Source: an uncultured Planctomycetaceae bacterium
GTDB lineage: Bacteria > Planctomycetota > Planctomycetia > Isosphaerales > Isosphaeraceae
Assembly: GCA_963833985.1 (NCBI GenBank)
Contig: CAWIAD010000002.1
Coordinates: forward strand, 6,272,001 to 6,336,000
Direction of reading: 5' to 3'
Length of the DNA stretch: 64,000 nt
The notes under the pieces were generated by a model, which worked only from the letters and a program-made list of their open reading frames with translations, was not told the origin of the DNA and searched no databases. This document shows, one piece after another, positions 20,437 through 32,200 of the stretch. Within the stretch, counting starts at the first letter, position 1, and each line of letters starts with the position of its first letter. The translations under genes and the position numbers were made by a program.

Positions 20437-21027
20437 ATGGCGATCGACCCATTGAACCTGGAACTCAGCATCGCATCTCTGCGGCATCACGGGCCCGCAA
20501 GACTGAAAACGGCCAGGGAACTGGTCAGGCTCAGCGAGACCCAGCCTGCGCTCCTGGAGCCGTACTTCGACGAACTTGCGGAACTGCTTGACTCCGACAA
20601 CAAGATCATCCAGTGGAATGCCTTGAAGATCGTGAGCAACCTGGCCTGCACCGATCCGGATCGCCCTCTCGACAGCCTGCTGTCACGCTACCTGGCTCCA
20701 ATCAGCGGTCCGGTCATGATCACGGCAGGGATCGCGATGGCCGGAGCCGCGAAGATCGCGCACTGTCGCAAGGAACTGTCGCCGCGCATCGTCCGGGCCA
20801 TCCTTCAAGTGGAGCACGCCACATTCAAGACAATGGAATGCCGCCACATCGCCACTGGCCACGCCATCTCCGCGCTCGCCGCTCTGGACGCCGAGGTCCG
20901 ACGGTCGCCCCGGGTTCTTGAGTTCGTGCGCCGGCAAGTGGAGAGTCCACGCCCGGCCACCCGCAGGAAAGCATCCGCGTTCCTCAAGAAAAATGAGGAC
21001 CGCGTGGGGAAAGCGGCCAGACGGTAG
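20437..21027 (+). CDS. Hypothetical alpha-helical (HEAT/ARM-like) protein
   Basis: GGGAGA SD-like sequence upstream. Amphipathic helical repeats (LLDSDNKIIQWNALKIV). Confidence 0.65.
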   Translation: MAIDPLNLELSIASLRHHGPARLKTARELVRLSETQPALLEPYFDELAELLDSDNKIIQWNALKIVSNLACTDPDRPLDSLLSRYLAPISGPVMITAGIAMAGAAKIAHCRKELSPRIVRAILQVEHATFKTMECRHIATGHAISALAALDAEVRRSPRVLEFVRRQVESPRPATRRKASAFLKKNEDRVGKAARR

Positions 21028-21285
21028 AAGGCGCGTGGAACCCGGGCGTCTCGTCGCCTGGAGAGGCGTTCCGCCCGCGCCCCGCGGGCCCGGGAATGAC
21101 CGCGCCACCGGGAACCTGGCCCGAGGCCGAACCTGCGGCAAGATCGAATGGCCACGACGTGAGTGCGGCCTGTCCCCGGCGCACCGCACGCGCGCCGCGT
21201 GATGAGCTCTGGCTCCCCGCACGTGCACCGGTCGGTTACAATGAGGTTCTCGCGCCAGGAGACCATCGCGATGCTCGAGGAAACC

Positions 21286-21972
21286 ATGTCCGGACCGCCG
21301 CGACCGCACCCTCATCCGGGGCTTTTCCTTGCCCTCGAGGGGCCGGACGGCGGCGGCAAGAGTACGCAGGCCGCGCGGCTGGCGGCCTGGCTGCGCGAGG
21401 ACGGCTTCGACGTGGTCGCCTGCCGGGACCCCGGCAGCACCCCGGCCGGCGACCGGCTTCGAAAGGTCGTGCTCGACCGCGGCTCCGTCGGACTGGCGAT
21501 GCGCACCGAGATGCTCATCTACATGGCCAGCCGGGCGCAGCTCGTGCACGAGGTCATCGAGCATGCCCTGGCCGCCGGCCGGGTTGTCCTCTCCGACCGT
21601 TTCCTGCTCTCGAATATCGTCTATCAAGGTTACGCGGGCGGGCTGGGCGTGGACGAGGTGTGGCGGGTGGGCCAGGTGGCGACTGCCGGCCTGCTGCCCG
21701 ACGTCACGCTGGTGCTCGACGTACCCCCTGAAACGGCCGTCGCCCGCGTGGGCCCGGCCCGCGATCGCATCGAGGAGCGGCCCGCTGGCTACAGGCAGAA
21801 GGTCCGCGAGGGCTTCCTCGCCGCGGTTCACGACAGCGCAGGCCCGGCAGGGCTCTGTCCGTACTACCCGTCTCCCCTGGTGCTGATTGATGCGGCCAGC
21901 GATCCGGACACGGTGTTTCAGCAGATCCGAAGCGAGGTGCAGCGTGTCCTGGCACTCGGTCCGCGGGCATGA
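21286..21972 (+). CDS. tmk: Thymidylate kinase
   Basis: FLALEGPDGGGKSTQ P-loop, SRAQL, SDRF..S..YQG, PDVTLVLD and DRIE motifs. Confidence 0.93.
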   Translation: MSGPPRPHPHPGLFLALEGPDGGGKSTQAARLAAWLREDGFDVVACRDPGSTPAGDRLRKVVLDRGSVGLAMRTEMLIYMASRAQLVHEVIEHALAAGRVVLSDRFLLSNIVYQGYAGGLGVDEVWRVGQVATAGLLPDVTLVLDVPPETAVARVGPARDRIEERPAGYRQKVREGFLAAVHDSAGPAGLCPYYPSPLVLIDAASDPDTVFQQIRSEVQRVLALGPRA

Positions 21973-22982
21973 CCGGATCGTCGCGGCGCTGCGGTTGAAC
22001 CTCCGCAACGGGCGGTTCCCGCACGCCTTCCTGTTCGTCGGGCCCGACGGCGTGGGCAAGCGCACCTTCGCACGCAAGCTCGCCCAGGCGCTGCTGTGCG
22101 AGCAAAACCCGGAAATGGACCTCGATCCCTGCGAGACCTGCCCGGGATGCGTGCAGGCGGCGGCCGGCACACATCCGGACCTGATCGAGGCGGCCCGCCC
22201 CGAGGATCGCCAGGAGCTGCCCATCCGCGTGATCCGCGACGTCTCTGCCCAGTTCGGGCTCAAGCCCGCCCGGGGGCGCCGCAAGGTGGCGATCGTGGAC
22301 GACGTGGACGACATGAACGATGAGGCGTCCAACGCGTTCCTGAAGACGCTCGAGGAACCGCCCCCCGGCGCGGTCCTGATCCTGGTGGGCAGCTCGGCGG
22401 AGCTCCAGCTCCAGACCATCCTCTCGCGCTGCCAGGTCGTGCGCTTCGATCCGCTGCCCGGCGACGAGCTGGCCGAGCTGCTGCTGGAACAGGGCGTCAC
22501 CAGCGATCGAAGTGATGCGGACCGGCTGGCGGCCCTGGGCGAGGGATCGATGAGCCGCGCGATCGGGCTGGCCGATCCGGAGCTCGAAGCGGTTTCGCCG
22601 CGAGCTGATCGACGAGCTGGCCGCCGAGCACGGGTTCGACCCGTCGCTCCTGGCTGCGCGATTCGGAGCGTTTGTCCGGCAGGCTGGCAAGGAGAGCGTC
22701 GACCAGAGGCGGCGAGCCATCTTGCTGGTGGGCGAGCTGGCACGCCTGTTCCGTGCGGTGCTCTGGCAGACCGCCGGCCTGGAAGCCCCCTGCCCCGACC
22801 CGGCCGACCGCCGCGCCGCGCAGGTCCTGGGGAACCGCCTGGAACCCGAGGACGTGTTCGTACTGGCGGACCGTTGCCTGGAGGCGACTTACCACCTTCA
22901 GCGCAACCTCTACATGATCACGGTCCTCGAATCGCTGTTTCATGACCTTGCGCAATCGGTCAACCCGGCGGTCCCGGCGTGA
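21944..22982 (+). CDS. holB: DNA polymerase III delta' subunit (frameshift near 22590, probably a sequencing error)
   Basis: HAFLFVGPDGVGK, PCETCPGC, HPDL, NAFLKTLEEPP and TILSRC motifs. Conserved tmk-holB order. Confidence 0.9.
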
Positions 22983-23070
22983 GCGCCATCTTGCGAATGG
23001 CCTGGCTCTGGTAGGCAGGCTCACGTCGAAGACCGCATCATACTTTGTAAGCAGTGCACTGGCTCGTTAC

Positions 23071-23566
23071 ATGCAGTTCAGAGCTGAGCAGTATTATCAA
23101 GCGAGTCTGGAGAGGATGGAACAGGCGCGAAGGAACTATCAAGCGGGAATGGCTTTTGCCCTGGCCTCGTACTGTGGAGGGCTTGCGGTTGAGTGCATGT
23201 TGCGTGCCTTTCGATGGAGCAGAGACTCAGGCTTCGAGGGGCGACACGACCTGTCCGAGTTGCTTAGATCCAGCCGTCTACTGAGCATCGACGAAGATTA
23301 CTTGCGGCGTAAGGGGACCAACGAAGAGGGGAATCCGCGCGGCCGCCTTGAGAATTAAAGGAGCGATGAACGAAGTTGTTATTCTCTGGCACAACAACCT
23401 TCGATTCGCGTCCGAGGCGAGCCTGACGACCTTTCTCAAAAGGATCGATCGCTACCAGAGGGTGAAAGGAGACCCTCTGAAGAAGAACGCCTCGGACCTG
23501 TTGAACGCCGCACAGACCGTGATCGATCGGGGAGTTGTCTTATGGAACTCAGGGAGAAGGTCCTGA
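23071..23566 (+). CDS. HEPN domain protein (frameshift in a G-run near 23330)
   Basis: Y..ASLERMEQA, YCGGLAVECMLRA, HDLSELL and W.NNLRF are typical HEPN helices. Removing one G from GAGGGGAATC joins the two frames. Confidence 0.7.
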
Positions 23567-24060
23567 CGATCTTGCGTAAAGCTCTCGAGGTTCGTCATGC
23601 CCGCCTGGAAGACGACGACGGAATCACCGGGTTCGTCGTGTCGCCGCAATTTCAAGGCATGACTTCATTGGACCGCCAGGAGCTGATCGACGATGCTTTC
23701 CGCCGCGCCACAGACTTGCTCGCATCCGAAGAGCGGCGCCAGATTCTCATGATCGCTGCCCTGACTCCTGCTGAGTACGAAACAGCCGGCGCGCCAATAC
23801 GGGTTGACACTGTAAAAGCGATGGCCGGTGGGGGTGTTGAGATCCGCTTGCGAGGCGCGGACTCGGACGCGGAATACGTCCGCGGTGTGCTTCGTGGCCT
23901 CAAGGGGGTCAGCACCACGGAACCTAGACAACTGGCCGATGTGGGGGGGACCTTGATGGCTTTTCAGGCCAGAGGAACGAGGGCAGCCCCGCTCACAAAG
24001 GCAAGGGCCATGCGAATCCTCAAGCGCGATCGCTCGATCGAGGTGATCGCAGGCCGCTGA
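23542..24060 (+). CDS. BolA-like N-terminal domain protein with an extra C-terminal domain
   Basis: VVSPQFQGMTSLDRQELI..ALTPAEY resembles the BolA signature (VS..F.G...R...V..LTPEE). Overlaps the HEPN gene by 25 nt. Confidence 0.55.
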   Translation: MELREKVLTILRKALEVRHARLEDDDGITGFVVSPQFQGMTSLDRQELIDDAFRRATDLLASEERRQILMIAALTPAEYETAGAPIRVDTVKAMAGGGVEIRLRGADSDAEYVRGVLRGLKGVSTTEPRQLADVGGTLMAFQARGTRAAPLTKARAMRILKRDRSIEVIAGR

Positions 24061-24106
24061 GGTGAGGTCAACCCAGGGACAACCACAACCACCAGAAGGA
24101 CTGTCG

Positions 24107-24503
24107 ATGCCGTTTCTGTTCGCTTATGGAACGCTGGCACCAGAGGCTTCCGAGACGGCGCTGCAAGACGGCTGGCAGGCCGATGCGGTTCGGGGGCGGC
24201 TGTACGACCTGGGTCCTTACCCCGCGCTGGTCGATGCGGAAGACGAGACGGCCGGATGGGTGGAGGGCCACGTCCGGCCCGTGACCACCGATCAGCTCGC
24301 CGGCAGCATTGATTCCTACGAGGGCGTCGGCGAAGGTCTCTACCGCAGGGTGCAGGTCATGACCAGGGCGGGCAGGCAGGTCTGGGTCTATGTCTACGCG
24401 CGGTCGCTTCCTCCGTCGGCCATCGGGCCGATCGACCGCTGGGCCAGCAGCAAACGCGTCCGGCTGATCGCTCCCCCAGGAACCCCAGAAGGAGGCTCGT
24501 TGA
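24107..24503 (+). CDS. Gamma-glutamylcyclotransferase (AIG2-like) family protein; in frame with the downstream decarboxylase in this assembly
   Basis: LFAYGTL, GRLYDLGPYPAL, D.YEG...LYRR and WVYVY motifs. Confidence 0.8.
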
Positions 24504-26212
24504 TGTCCAGGACCACGGCCGTGGAACCCGCTCGCGATGGTCTCTCCGCTACGGAGCCGCCGGTGCTGACGATCGGTCAGTACCTCGTCAACCGGCTTGC
24601 CGACTGCGGGGTGGAGCACGTCTTTGGAATTCCTGGCGACTACGTACTGGGACTCTACAAGCTGCTCGAACAGAGCCCGATCCGCCTGGTGGGGATGACC
24701 CGCGAGGACTCGGCCGGGTTCGCCGCCGACGCTTATGCGCGGATCCACGGCCTGGGGTGCGTGTGCGTGACCTACTGTGTGGGCGGCCTGAGCACCTGCA
24801 ATAGCATCGCGGGCGCCTACGCCGAGAAATCTCCGGTGATCGTCCTCTCCGGCTCGCCGGGCGTCTCCGAGCGGGCGCGGAACCCGCTCTTGCATCACAA
24901 GGTGAAGGATTTCGACACCCAGTTCGAGGTCTTCCAGAAGATCACCGTGGCCTCGGCGGTGCTCGACCGGCCGGAAACCGCGTTCAGCGAGATCGACCGC
25001 GTGCTCGAGGCCGCTCAGCGGTACAAGCGGCCGGTCTACCTGGAGTTGCCCCGCGACCAGACCCATGTGCGGCAGGTGGCACCCCATCGGCGGCCCGAGG
25101 GGCTGCCGCCCAGCGACCCCGACGCGCTCCGTGAGGCGCTGGACGAGGCCTCGAGCCTGCTCGTCGCCGCGCGCCGCCCGGCGATCCTGGCGGATGTCGA
25201 GATCCACCGCTTCCACCTCCAGGCCGAGCTCTTGACCCTCGCCGAATCAACCGGAATGCCGATCGCCACCACCATCCTGGGCAAGAGCGTCATCTCCGAG
25301 GCGCACCCGCTCTTCGCCGGCGTTTACGAGGGCGGGATGGGAGCCGTCGAGGTGACCGAGCTCGTCGAATCGGCCGATTGCCTGCTGATGCTCGGCTGCT
25401 TCCTGACAGACATCAACCTGGGCATCTTCACGGCCAATCTCGACCCGTCGCGGTGCATCGACGCCACCAGCGAGAACCTGCGGATCCGCCACCATCATTA
25501 TCGCGACGTGCGCCTGGACGACTTCCTGAACGGATTGATCGCCCGCAAGCTGGTGATCCAGAGCATCCCCGTGCCAAAACGGCGCAGTCCGTTCGCTCTG
25601 GCGTTCGACGATCCGCCGGGCTCGCCCGTGCGCTCGCTGCACCTCTTCGGCCGGCTCAACCAGATGCTTTCTCGACATCCCGAGATGACCGTCATCGCCG
25701 ACATCGGCGATTCACTCTTTGGCGCGGCCGACCTGGAGATGCACCGGCATACCGAGTTCCTCAGCCCGGCGTATTACACGTCCATGGGCTTCGGCGTGCC
25801 GGCCGCGATGGGCGCGAGCATGGCCAACCCGGCGCCGCGGATCCTTGTGGTCGTGGGTGACGGCGCCTTCCAGATGACGGGCATGGAGCTCTCGAGCATC
25901 GCCCGCTACGGCCTCAACCCGATCATCGTCGTGCTCAACAACCACGGCTACACGACGGAGCGGTTTCTCCTCGAAGGCCCATTCAACGACATCCACGACT
26001 GGGCCTATCACCGCATTCCCGACGTGCTGGGCGCCGGGCTGGGCCTGGAGATCCGCACCATCGCCGAGCTGGAACAGGCACTGGAGACCGCGCTGGCCAA
26101 CACCAGCACCTTCAGCCTGTTGAACGTCCATCTCGACCGTTACGACCGCAGCCCCGCGCTGGAGCGGCTGGCCAGCAGGCTCTCGAAGATTGTCGACAAG
26201 CGGGGCGAGTGA
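24503..26212 (+). CDS. ThDP-dependent alpha-keto acid decarboxylase (indolepyruvate/pyruvate decarboxylase family)
   Basis: VFGIPGDY, AADAYAR, AGAYAE, LLHH and GDGAFQMTG..NNHGY ThDP motif. GGAGG SD precedes ATG 24503. Confidence 0.9.
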   Translation: MSRTTAVEPARDGLSATEPPVLTIGQYLVNRLADCGVEHVFGIPGDYVLGLYKLLEQSPIRLVGMTREDSAGFAADAYARIHGLGCVCVTYCVGGLSTCNSIAGAYAEKSPVIVLSGSPGVSERARNPLLHHKVKDFDTQFEVFQKITVASAVLDRPETAFSEIDRVLEAAQRYKRPVYLELPRDQTHVRQVAPHRRPEGLPPSDPDALREALDEASSLLVAARRPAILADVEIHRFHLQAELLTLAESTGMPIATTILGKSVISEAHPLFAGVYEGGMGAVEVTELVESADCLLMLGCFLTDINLGIFTANLDPSRCIDATSENLRIRHHHYRDVRLDDFLNGLIARKLVIQSIPVPKRRSPFALAFDDPPGSPVRSLHLFGRLNQMLSRHPEMTVIADIGDSLFGAADLEMHRHTEFLSPAYYTSMGFGVPAAMGASMANPAPRILVVVGDGAFQMTGMELSSIARYGLNPIIVVLNNHGYTTERFLLEGPFNDIHDWAYHRIPDVLGAGLGLEIRTIAELEQALETALANTSTFSLLNVHLDRYDRSPALERLASRLSKIVDKRGE

Positions 26213-26320
26213 GACCTGGTCCGGCAGGCGGCCCTGGTCCACCGGGCGCCAGACTTCGCCGCCCGGTGGACGTCGCTCGCGCCGCGCCGCGCCGCGCGGG
26301 GAACGATCCGGCCGACACGC

Positions 26321-28805
26321 TTACACCTTGCCCAGAGGATTGCCCCTGCTGGTGTATCGCACGTGTACGGCGCTGGTGGGAACAACCCGGCCCCTGTGCG
26401 TGAACTGGTAGGTATTGCCGGGATGGAAGCGTCCGCGGGTGAAGACCTTCCAGCCGAGCGTCGAGCTGCCGTTGGAGGCGAACTCCTTGTAGCTCGCGTT
26501 CTGGGTCCGGCTCTGGAGCGTGGGCGGCAGCTTCTTGCCCGGGTGTGCGTAGGCGTAGTTGCGCTGGAGGAACCCGTCGGGGGGCAGGTACTGCTGGAGT
26601 GCCACCTTGAGCGGGATCGGCGCGTAATTGAAGGCCGACAGCGCCGAGACGGTGGGCACGAAGCTGCTGCCGAAGACGGGGACGAAATTCGTGGGAACGA
26701 ACGTGCCCGGCAAGATGGCGCCCGAGACCGCTCCGGAGCCGGTGCTGCCGCCACCGCCGCCACCGCCGCCACCGCCGCCCGACCCGCCCAGGGCCACCAG
26801 GGTGTTCGCTGGCTGAAGGGATGCCAGAACTATCGCAGCCGCGCCAGGGAGAGTCACCGCCGGGTTTCCGGTTGCGAGTGTGCCCGTGTAACCGGGAGCG
26901 CCCGCGATGAAATCTCCGTTACCGTTGGCATAGGCGGACACGGAGATGCCAAACCCGATCGAGTTGGTGCTGGAGTAGGTGATGGGGTACGTGAGCGTGT
27001 ACTGGCGAGCGATCGAGTTATTCAGGGTCGTCAGTTGAGGCTGATAGGTGCCGCTCGTGGGGCCCAGCAGCTCGTACACGCTTCCCAGCCCAGCTTGTGT
27101 TGTGTCGTAAGGCACGCCGATGATGATCATGCTGGAGGAAGTGGCAACCGTGGTCTGTGCATTGACATACGAGATCGAGGTGCCGGCCCGGAAACCGCCG
27201 CCGGCACCGACGAACGAGGTGCTGATCGGTGCGTAGATCGTCCCTGTGCTGGGGTTGGCAACGCCCGCGGTCGGATTGTTGAGCGAGATCGGGTTCGCGG
27301 CCGTCGTGACCAGGCCGGCACTGAGTCCCGCGGCGACTCCGATCGGCGTGTAGGTTCCTGTGGACGCCCCGTAGAACAGGTTCACGCCGCCCGGCGCCTC
27401 CGTTGCCGCCCGGCGAGCCGATCATGAAGTCACCGAAGCTGTCCACGGCCGCGTTGAAGTTGCCGGCGCCGCTGACGGTATAGCCTGCCTGGTCGGTGCC
27501 CGCACCGACGAAGACGGCACCCTGTGCGGGAGCCTGTCCGGTAATGACTGTCGGCACCACCGAGAGCTGGCTCAGGTCGACCAGTCCTCCGAGGGCGCCG
27601 GAAGTCAGCGGCGTGCCGCCATAGACCAGGTAGGCCGCGCCCGCATTTTTGTTGAAGCCCGGGGCACCGATCAACAGGTCGTTCGTCGCTCCAAGGGCGG
27701 AGGTCGCGTTGTTCACGTCGCCTGCGTTGGCGACCGAGAAGCCGGCCATGTCGCCGGAGTTCGCGCCCGCGAAGCGGAAAGGCGCACTCGACACGCTCAC
27801 GAGGTTGGGCACACCCGGGGTGAAGGGCAGCGAGTTGATCGGAAAGATGAACACGCCGCCGGCACCAGTCGCAATGCCACCCGCGACCGAGGCGCTCGGC
27901 TCGCCGATCGCCAGGTCGTCCACGCCATCGCCGAACAGGTTGGGCACGTCGGCGAACGAGGTACCCAGCCCCGTGTTCCCCGTATCGGTGAAGGTGACGA
28001 TCGTCAGCCCCGGGTAATTCTGGGGGTTATCCAGGTCGATCGGACCGGTGCGCAGCGACAGGGCGTTGAAGTTGGACGTCGCGGTGATGTAGTACAGCCG
28101 CCCCACGCCGGTTCCGCCCCAGTTCGGGGCACCGATCACGAACGCATTGGAACCGGCGGCGGCGACGAACTGGCCCAGCCCGGAATTCGGGTGCTGGCTG
28201 GTGATGAACGAGACGCCGTCGAAGGCGTAGCTGTACGGCTCGTTGCGATTGGTGAACGGGTTGACCTGGAGGTTGCCGCCGATGTCCGACAGCAGCCCGA
28301 CCCGCTGCTCCGGCGTCGCCGAAAGCCAGCTCTGGGTGGTGGGCAGGTTCACGGAGCGATTGCCGAAAATCAGGTAGGCCGTGTCGGTGTTGCCCGTGCC
28401 CGCAACGATCGTTGACCCGGCATAGGTCGCGGTCGGGGCACCGATGACGAAATCGTTGCTGCCGCCGAGGTTCATATCACCCACGGCAGCCACGCTGTAG
28501 CCGGCACCCTGGTTGGCGACGTTGCCGGTCTGGAGGACGCCCAGTCCAGGGTCCGTGGTCTGGGTTCCCTGGGTCTGGGGCTGGAACCCGAAGGAGTCGG
28601 CAATGAATGGAAGCTGGCCGCCAATGGTCTGGGGCCCGGCCGGTGCGGTGGTCACCTGACCGGCGAGGTTAAAGGGCGTGCCTGCGCCCAGTTGCAAGAG
28701 CGCCAGCAAGACCTTCGCTTCCAGCTCCTCGCCGCGCGGCCGAAAAGTCTCGCTCTTGCGTGCTTGCTTAACGGATGATCGAGGACCGCGACTGCCAAAG
28801 TGCAT
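26321..28805 (-). CDS. Secreted FG-GAP/integrin-alpha repeat protein with planctomycete LEPR-XLL-type leader (frameshift near 27390)
   Basis: RPRGEELEAKVLLA leader. Repeated G.SVA..GD.N...D..IGAP motifs, poly-Gly linker and basic C-terminus. Confidence 0.8.
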
Positions 28806-29273
28806 CGGAGACTCCCTTCTCCCAACCGGATTCCGCCTGGGCCACGAGGGACTGCTCTTGATCCCGTTCGCGGCAGGTGCTGCCGGGAAGGCCCATGCGC
28901 GGCATCGCCAAACAATTCGCCGTGGCCAACCGGCCCGGTGCGACGCCGCCGTCCAGAGCACCCTTCGACCTCAGAGTTTCGGAACGCCGGTCATCCCAAC
29001 TCGATGCAAAGCCGCGTTTCAAAGGCCCGCTGGTGCGAGACCGGCACCCTTTTCGGCTCAACTGAAACAACCCGCAAACCCGATACAAGCGGTGAAACTG
29101 CTACGAGACGACCGAAGCGGCGGTCGGGGATCCTCCCTGGCTGCCTTTGGACGCTGCTCGTCACCGGCTGGGGCTGCCTTCCCTATGCCGGATCTGCCTT
29201 CGTGTTCTCGTGGCCTGGTCACACCTAATCCGCGACGATCCGGATCCGCGTGGTGTCGTGTCGGGGGAAACCG

Positions 29274-32200
29274 ATGTTCAGGAATAGAAATCAAAGGTCG
29301 GCTGCAATCAGTCGACGATTCCGGCGCGGAGCGATGCTCGCCCTCCTGGCGGTGGGGTCGCAAGCGGGCTGCACCCGCGAGTTTTTCCGCGACTGGGCAA
29401 ACCAGGACGCCGCGGAAGCCGTCTTCGAGAAGAGCCGAGACCCGCGCTGGCGGCTCGATGCGTTCTCGATTGAACCTCCCGCGATGTCTCGGTTTGCATC
29501 GCCCTATGATCCCGAGTTCCCGCCCGCGCCTCCCGACGACCCCACGGCCGAAGCGCTCTCGCCGGTGCCCCAGTGGCCCGACAACCGGCTGATCGTGCCG
29601 GCCGAAGGAACTGGCTACATCGACATGATGGAAGGGTGGATGCAGGAGCGCGACGCGGCCCGCGCCCGGGGTGAGATCAAGTCGCTCATCTACGCCGAGC
29701 CGGGCAAGGGCGGCCGGCGCGGCACGCCACAGCCTTTCAAGCCCGCGCCCGTGGACCAGCCGATGCAATCGTCCGGGCCTGTGCAGCCGCCGGTCACTCC
29801 CTCGCCATTCGCACCCGGCGGAATGGCTCCCGGAAACACGCCCGCCGGCGTGGGGAGCGGCACCGCGGCACCCCGGCCGAGCCCGTTGTCGGTACCGGTC
29901 ACTCCCCCGCCAGGCGGAGCCGTAACTCCTGGTGGGTCCGCACCGGCCAGTCCCGGTTCGGCGGGCCCCCAGGCCTCGAGTACGGCAAGGAATCGCAGCC
30001 TGAATTCCGGGACAGGTGCCCGGGGATCGTCGCCAATACTCTTAGCCAGTGCGTCCTCCGGGGAAAAGAAGAAAAGCATCCCTCCTCCGCGTCCGGCTGC
30101 CAGCTTTGACCTGGCGGCGAGCGGCCGCGGCCGGGGAAACAGGGACGCCTCGGTCCAGCGGGCCGCAGGGCAAGCGGTCCCTCCCCAAGGTTCAACGTCG
30201 CCGGTCCCTGCTGTCGAGGGCGCACAGCGGCCCCAGGTTCAGCCCAATAGCGAGGGGCTGACCCCCCGGCCCTTCATTCCCCTGGATTCCAAGACGCACG
30301 AAGAACAGATGTCCGAAGAGACGCGCCGTGAAGTGAACCGAATCATCCCAGGCGGACCGGCCTCGGCCGGCAGCCTGACCCAGGAGCAAGCCGCGGAGCT
30401 CTCCGGCGTGCTCATTCCCCGCATTCCCAGGTTCAATGTCGCGGCTGCGGCCGGCTTGCCGCGCAACGCCAATCCCTACGTGCTGACCTTGCAGCAGGCC
30501 TTCACCCTGGCCCTCATCAACGCCCGTGTCTACCAGTTGCAGCTGGAGACCCTGTACAACTCCGCGCTGGCCGTCGCCTTGCAGCGGTTCGCCTTCGAGC
30601 CGCAGTTCTACGCGGGCATGTCGCCCACGACAGCGCCCATAGGCAGGGGCTTCCCGGGCGTCAGCCCGATCAACCAGTGGCTTTACCAGACGCGTACGGC
30701 GCCCGGCGGCCAGATCTCCACGCTCACCATGGGCGAGGTCGCGGGCTTCGGCAAGCTTTTCAACTCGGGCGGCCAGCTGCTCGCCGGCTTCGCCAATCAG
30801 CTCGTCTTCAACTTCGTGGGCAAGAACCCGATCCAGCCCACGGTGCAGTCGTCCCTCCCCTTGACCTTCATGCAGCCGTTCCTGCGGGGCGGCGGGCGGG
30901 CGGTCACCCTGGAAAACCTCACCCAGGCGGAGCGGTCGTTGCTCTACCAGGTGCGCACCTTCGCCAAGTTCCGCCAGGAGTTCATCGTCGACATGCTCAC
31001 GGGAGGCACCATCTCCCAGCCTGGCGTCGGGTTCGCCCTCCAGGGCTTCTCGACGGCCGGCAATACAGACCCGACCCTTGGCTTCATCCCCACCGCTCAG
31101 AACTTCGCCCAGGTGCTCATCGACCTCAAGAACGTGGCTTACTTCGAGCAGCTCGCCTCGCTCTACGAGCAGCTCATCGAGGGCGAGTCGTCAGGCCTGT
31201 CGCAGCTCCAGGTCGACCAGGTGCGGTCGAACGTGGTGACCGCCAGGGCCTCACTGATCAATGACATCCTCACTCTGAGAAACTCGAATGACTCGTTCAA
31301 GCAACAGCTCGGCCTCCCGCCCGACACTCCGGTCGTGCCGGACCTGAGCCTGTACCAGCCCTATCTCGACGTCTTCGCCCAGATCGATGAGTGGCAGCGC
31401 AGTCCGAAACGGAAACTGGAAGACGTTCCCAAGCTGGTCGAGAGCATTCCCCAGTTGCAGGACATCGTCCTGGACGGACATTCGATCATAGGGATGTACA
31501 GGAACAGTACAACTTACGATAATGAGGAAGACCTCGAGGCCACGCTGCAAGCCGCAGTGCGAATCGCGCTGGAATACCGGCTTGACCTGATGAACACACG
31601 GGCCCAGCTTTACGACGCCTGGCGCAAGATCCGGGTGGCCGCCAATGCTCTGAAAGGTATTCTCAACGTCACCCTGACCAACCAGGTCTTCACTCCGCCC
31701 ACAACCACCAACCCGTTTGGCTTCTTCAGTCAGGCCAAGCAGTTCAGCCTCGTGCTCAACGCCGAATTGCCCCTGATCCGGGTGACCGAGCGGAACGCGT
31801 TCCGGCAGGCGATCATCGCCTACGAGCAAGAGCGGCGAGCGCTCATGAGCCAGGAAGACTTCATCAAGAACCAGTTACGCAGCGATATTCGCAGCATGCA
31901 GGTGACTTACATCCAGTACGAGATCACCAAGCGAAACCTGATCTTGAACATCCGGCTGAAGGACCAGGCGTTCGAGCAGATCATCGCCCCGCCCCAGGCG
32001 ACGACCGGCCAGGGGCTGGCCCAGACCGCGAACGCCGCGACCCAGACCACGAACCTGATCGGCTTCCAGAGAACGCTGATCTCCAGTGAACAGGCGTTGA
32101 CGACAGCCTTTCAAAACTTCCAGCTCGCTCGTCTGATCGTGTACCGCGACATCGGCACCCTGCCGTACGATGAATGGGAGGCTTTCAGTGAAATTTTCCC

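Noticed and set aside
20683..22743. 686-aa minus-strand ORF (likewise 54182-56278, 16828-18345, 34919-36361, 62995-63978)
   Set aside because: Antisense shadows of clearly identified genes, expected from high-GC codon bias, with no motifs.
21944..22982. holB and other split genes as true pseudogenes
   Set aside because: Single-base shifts with otherwise intact motifs in a normally essential gene are better explained by sequencing indels.
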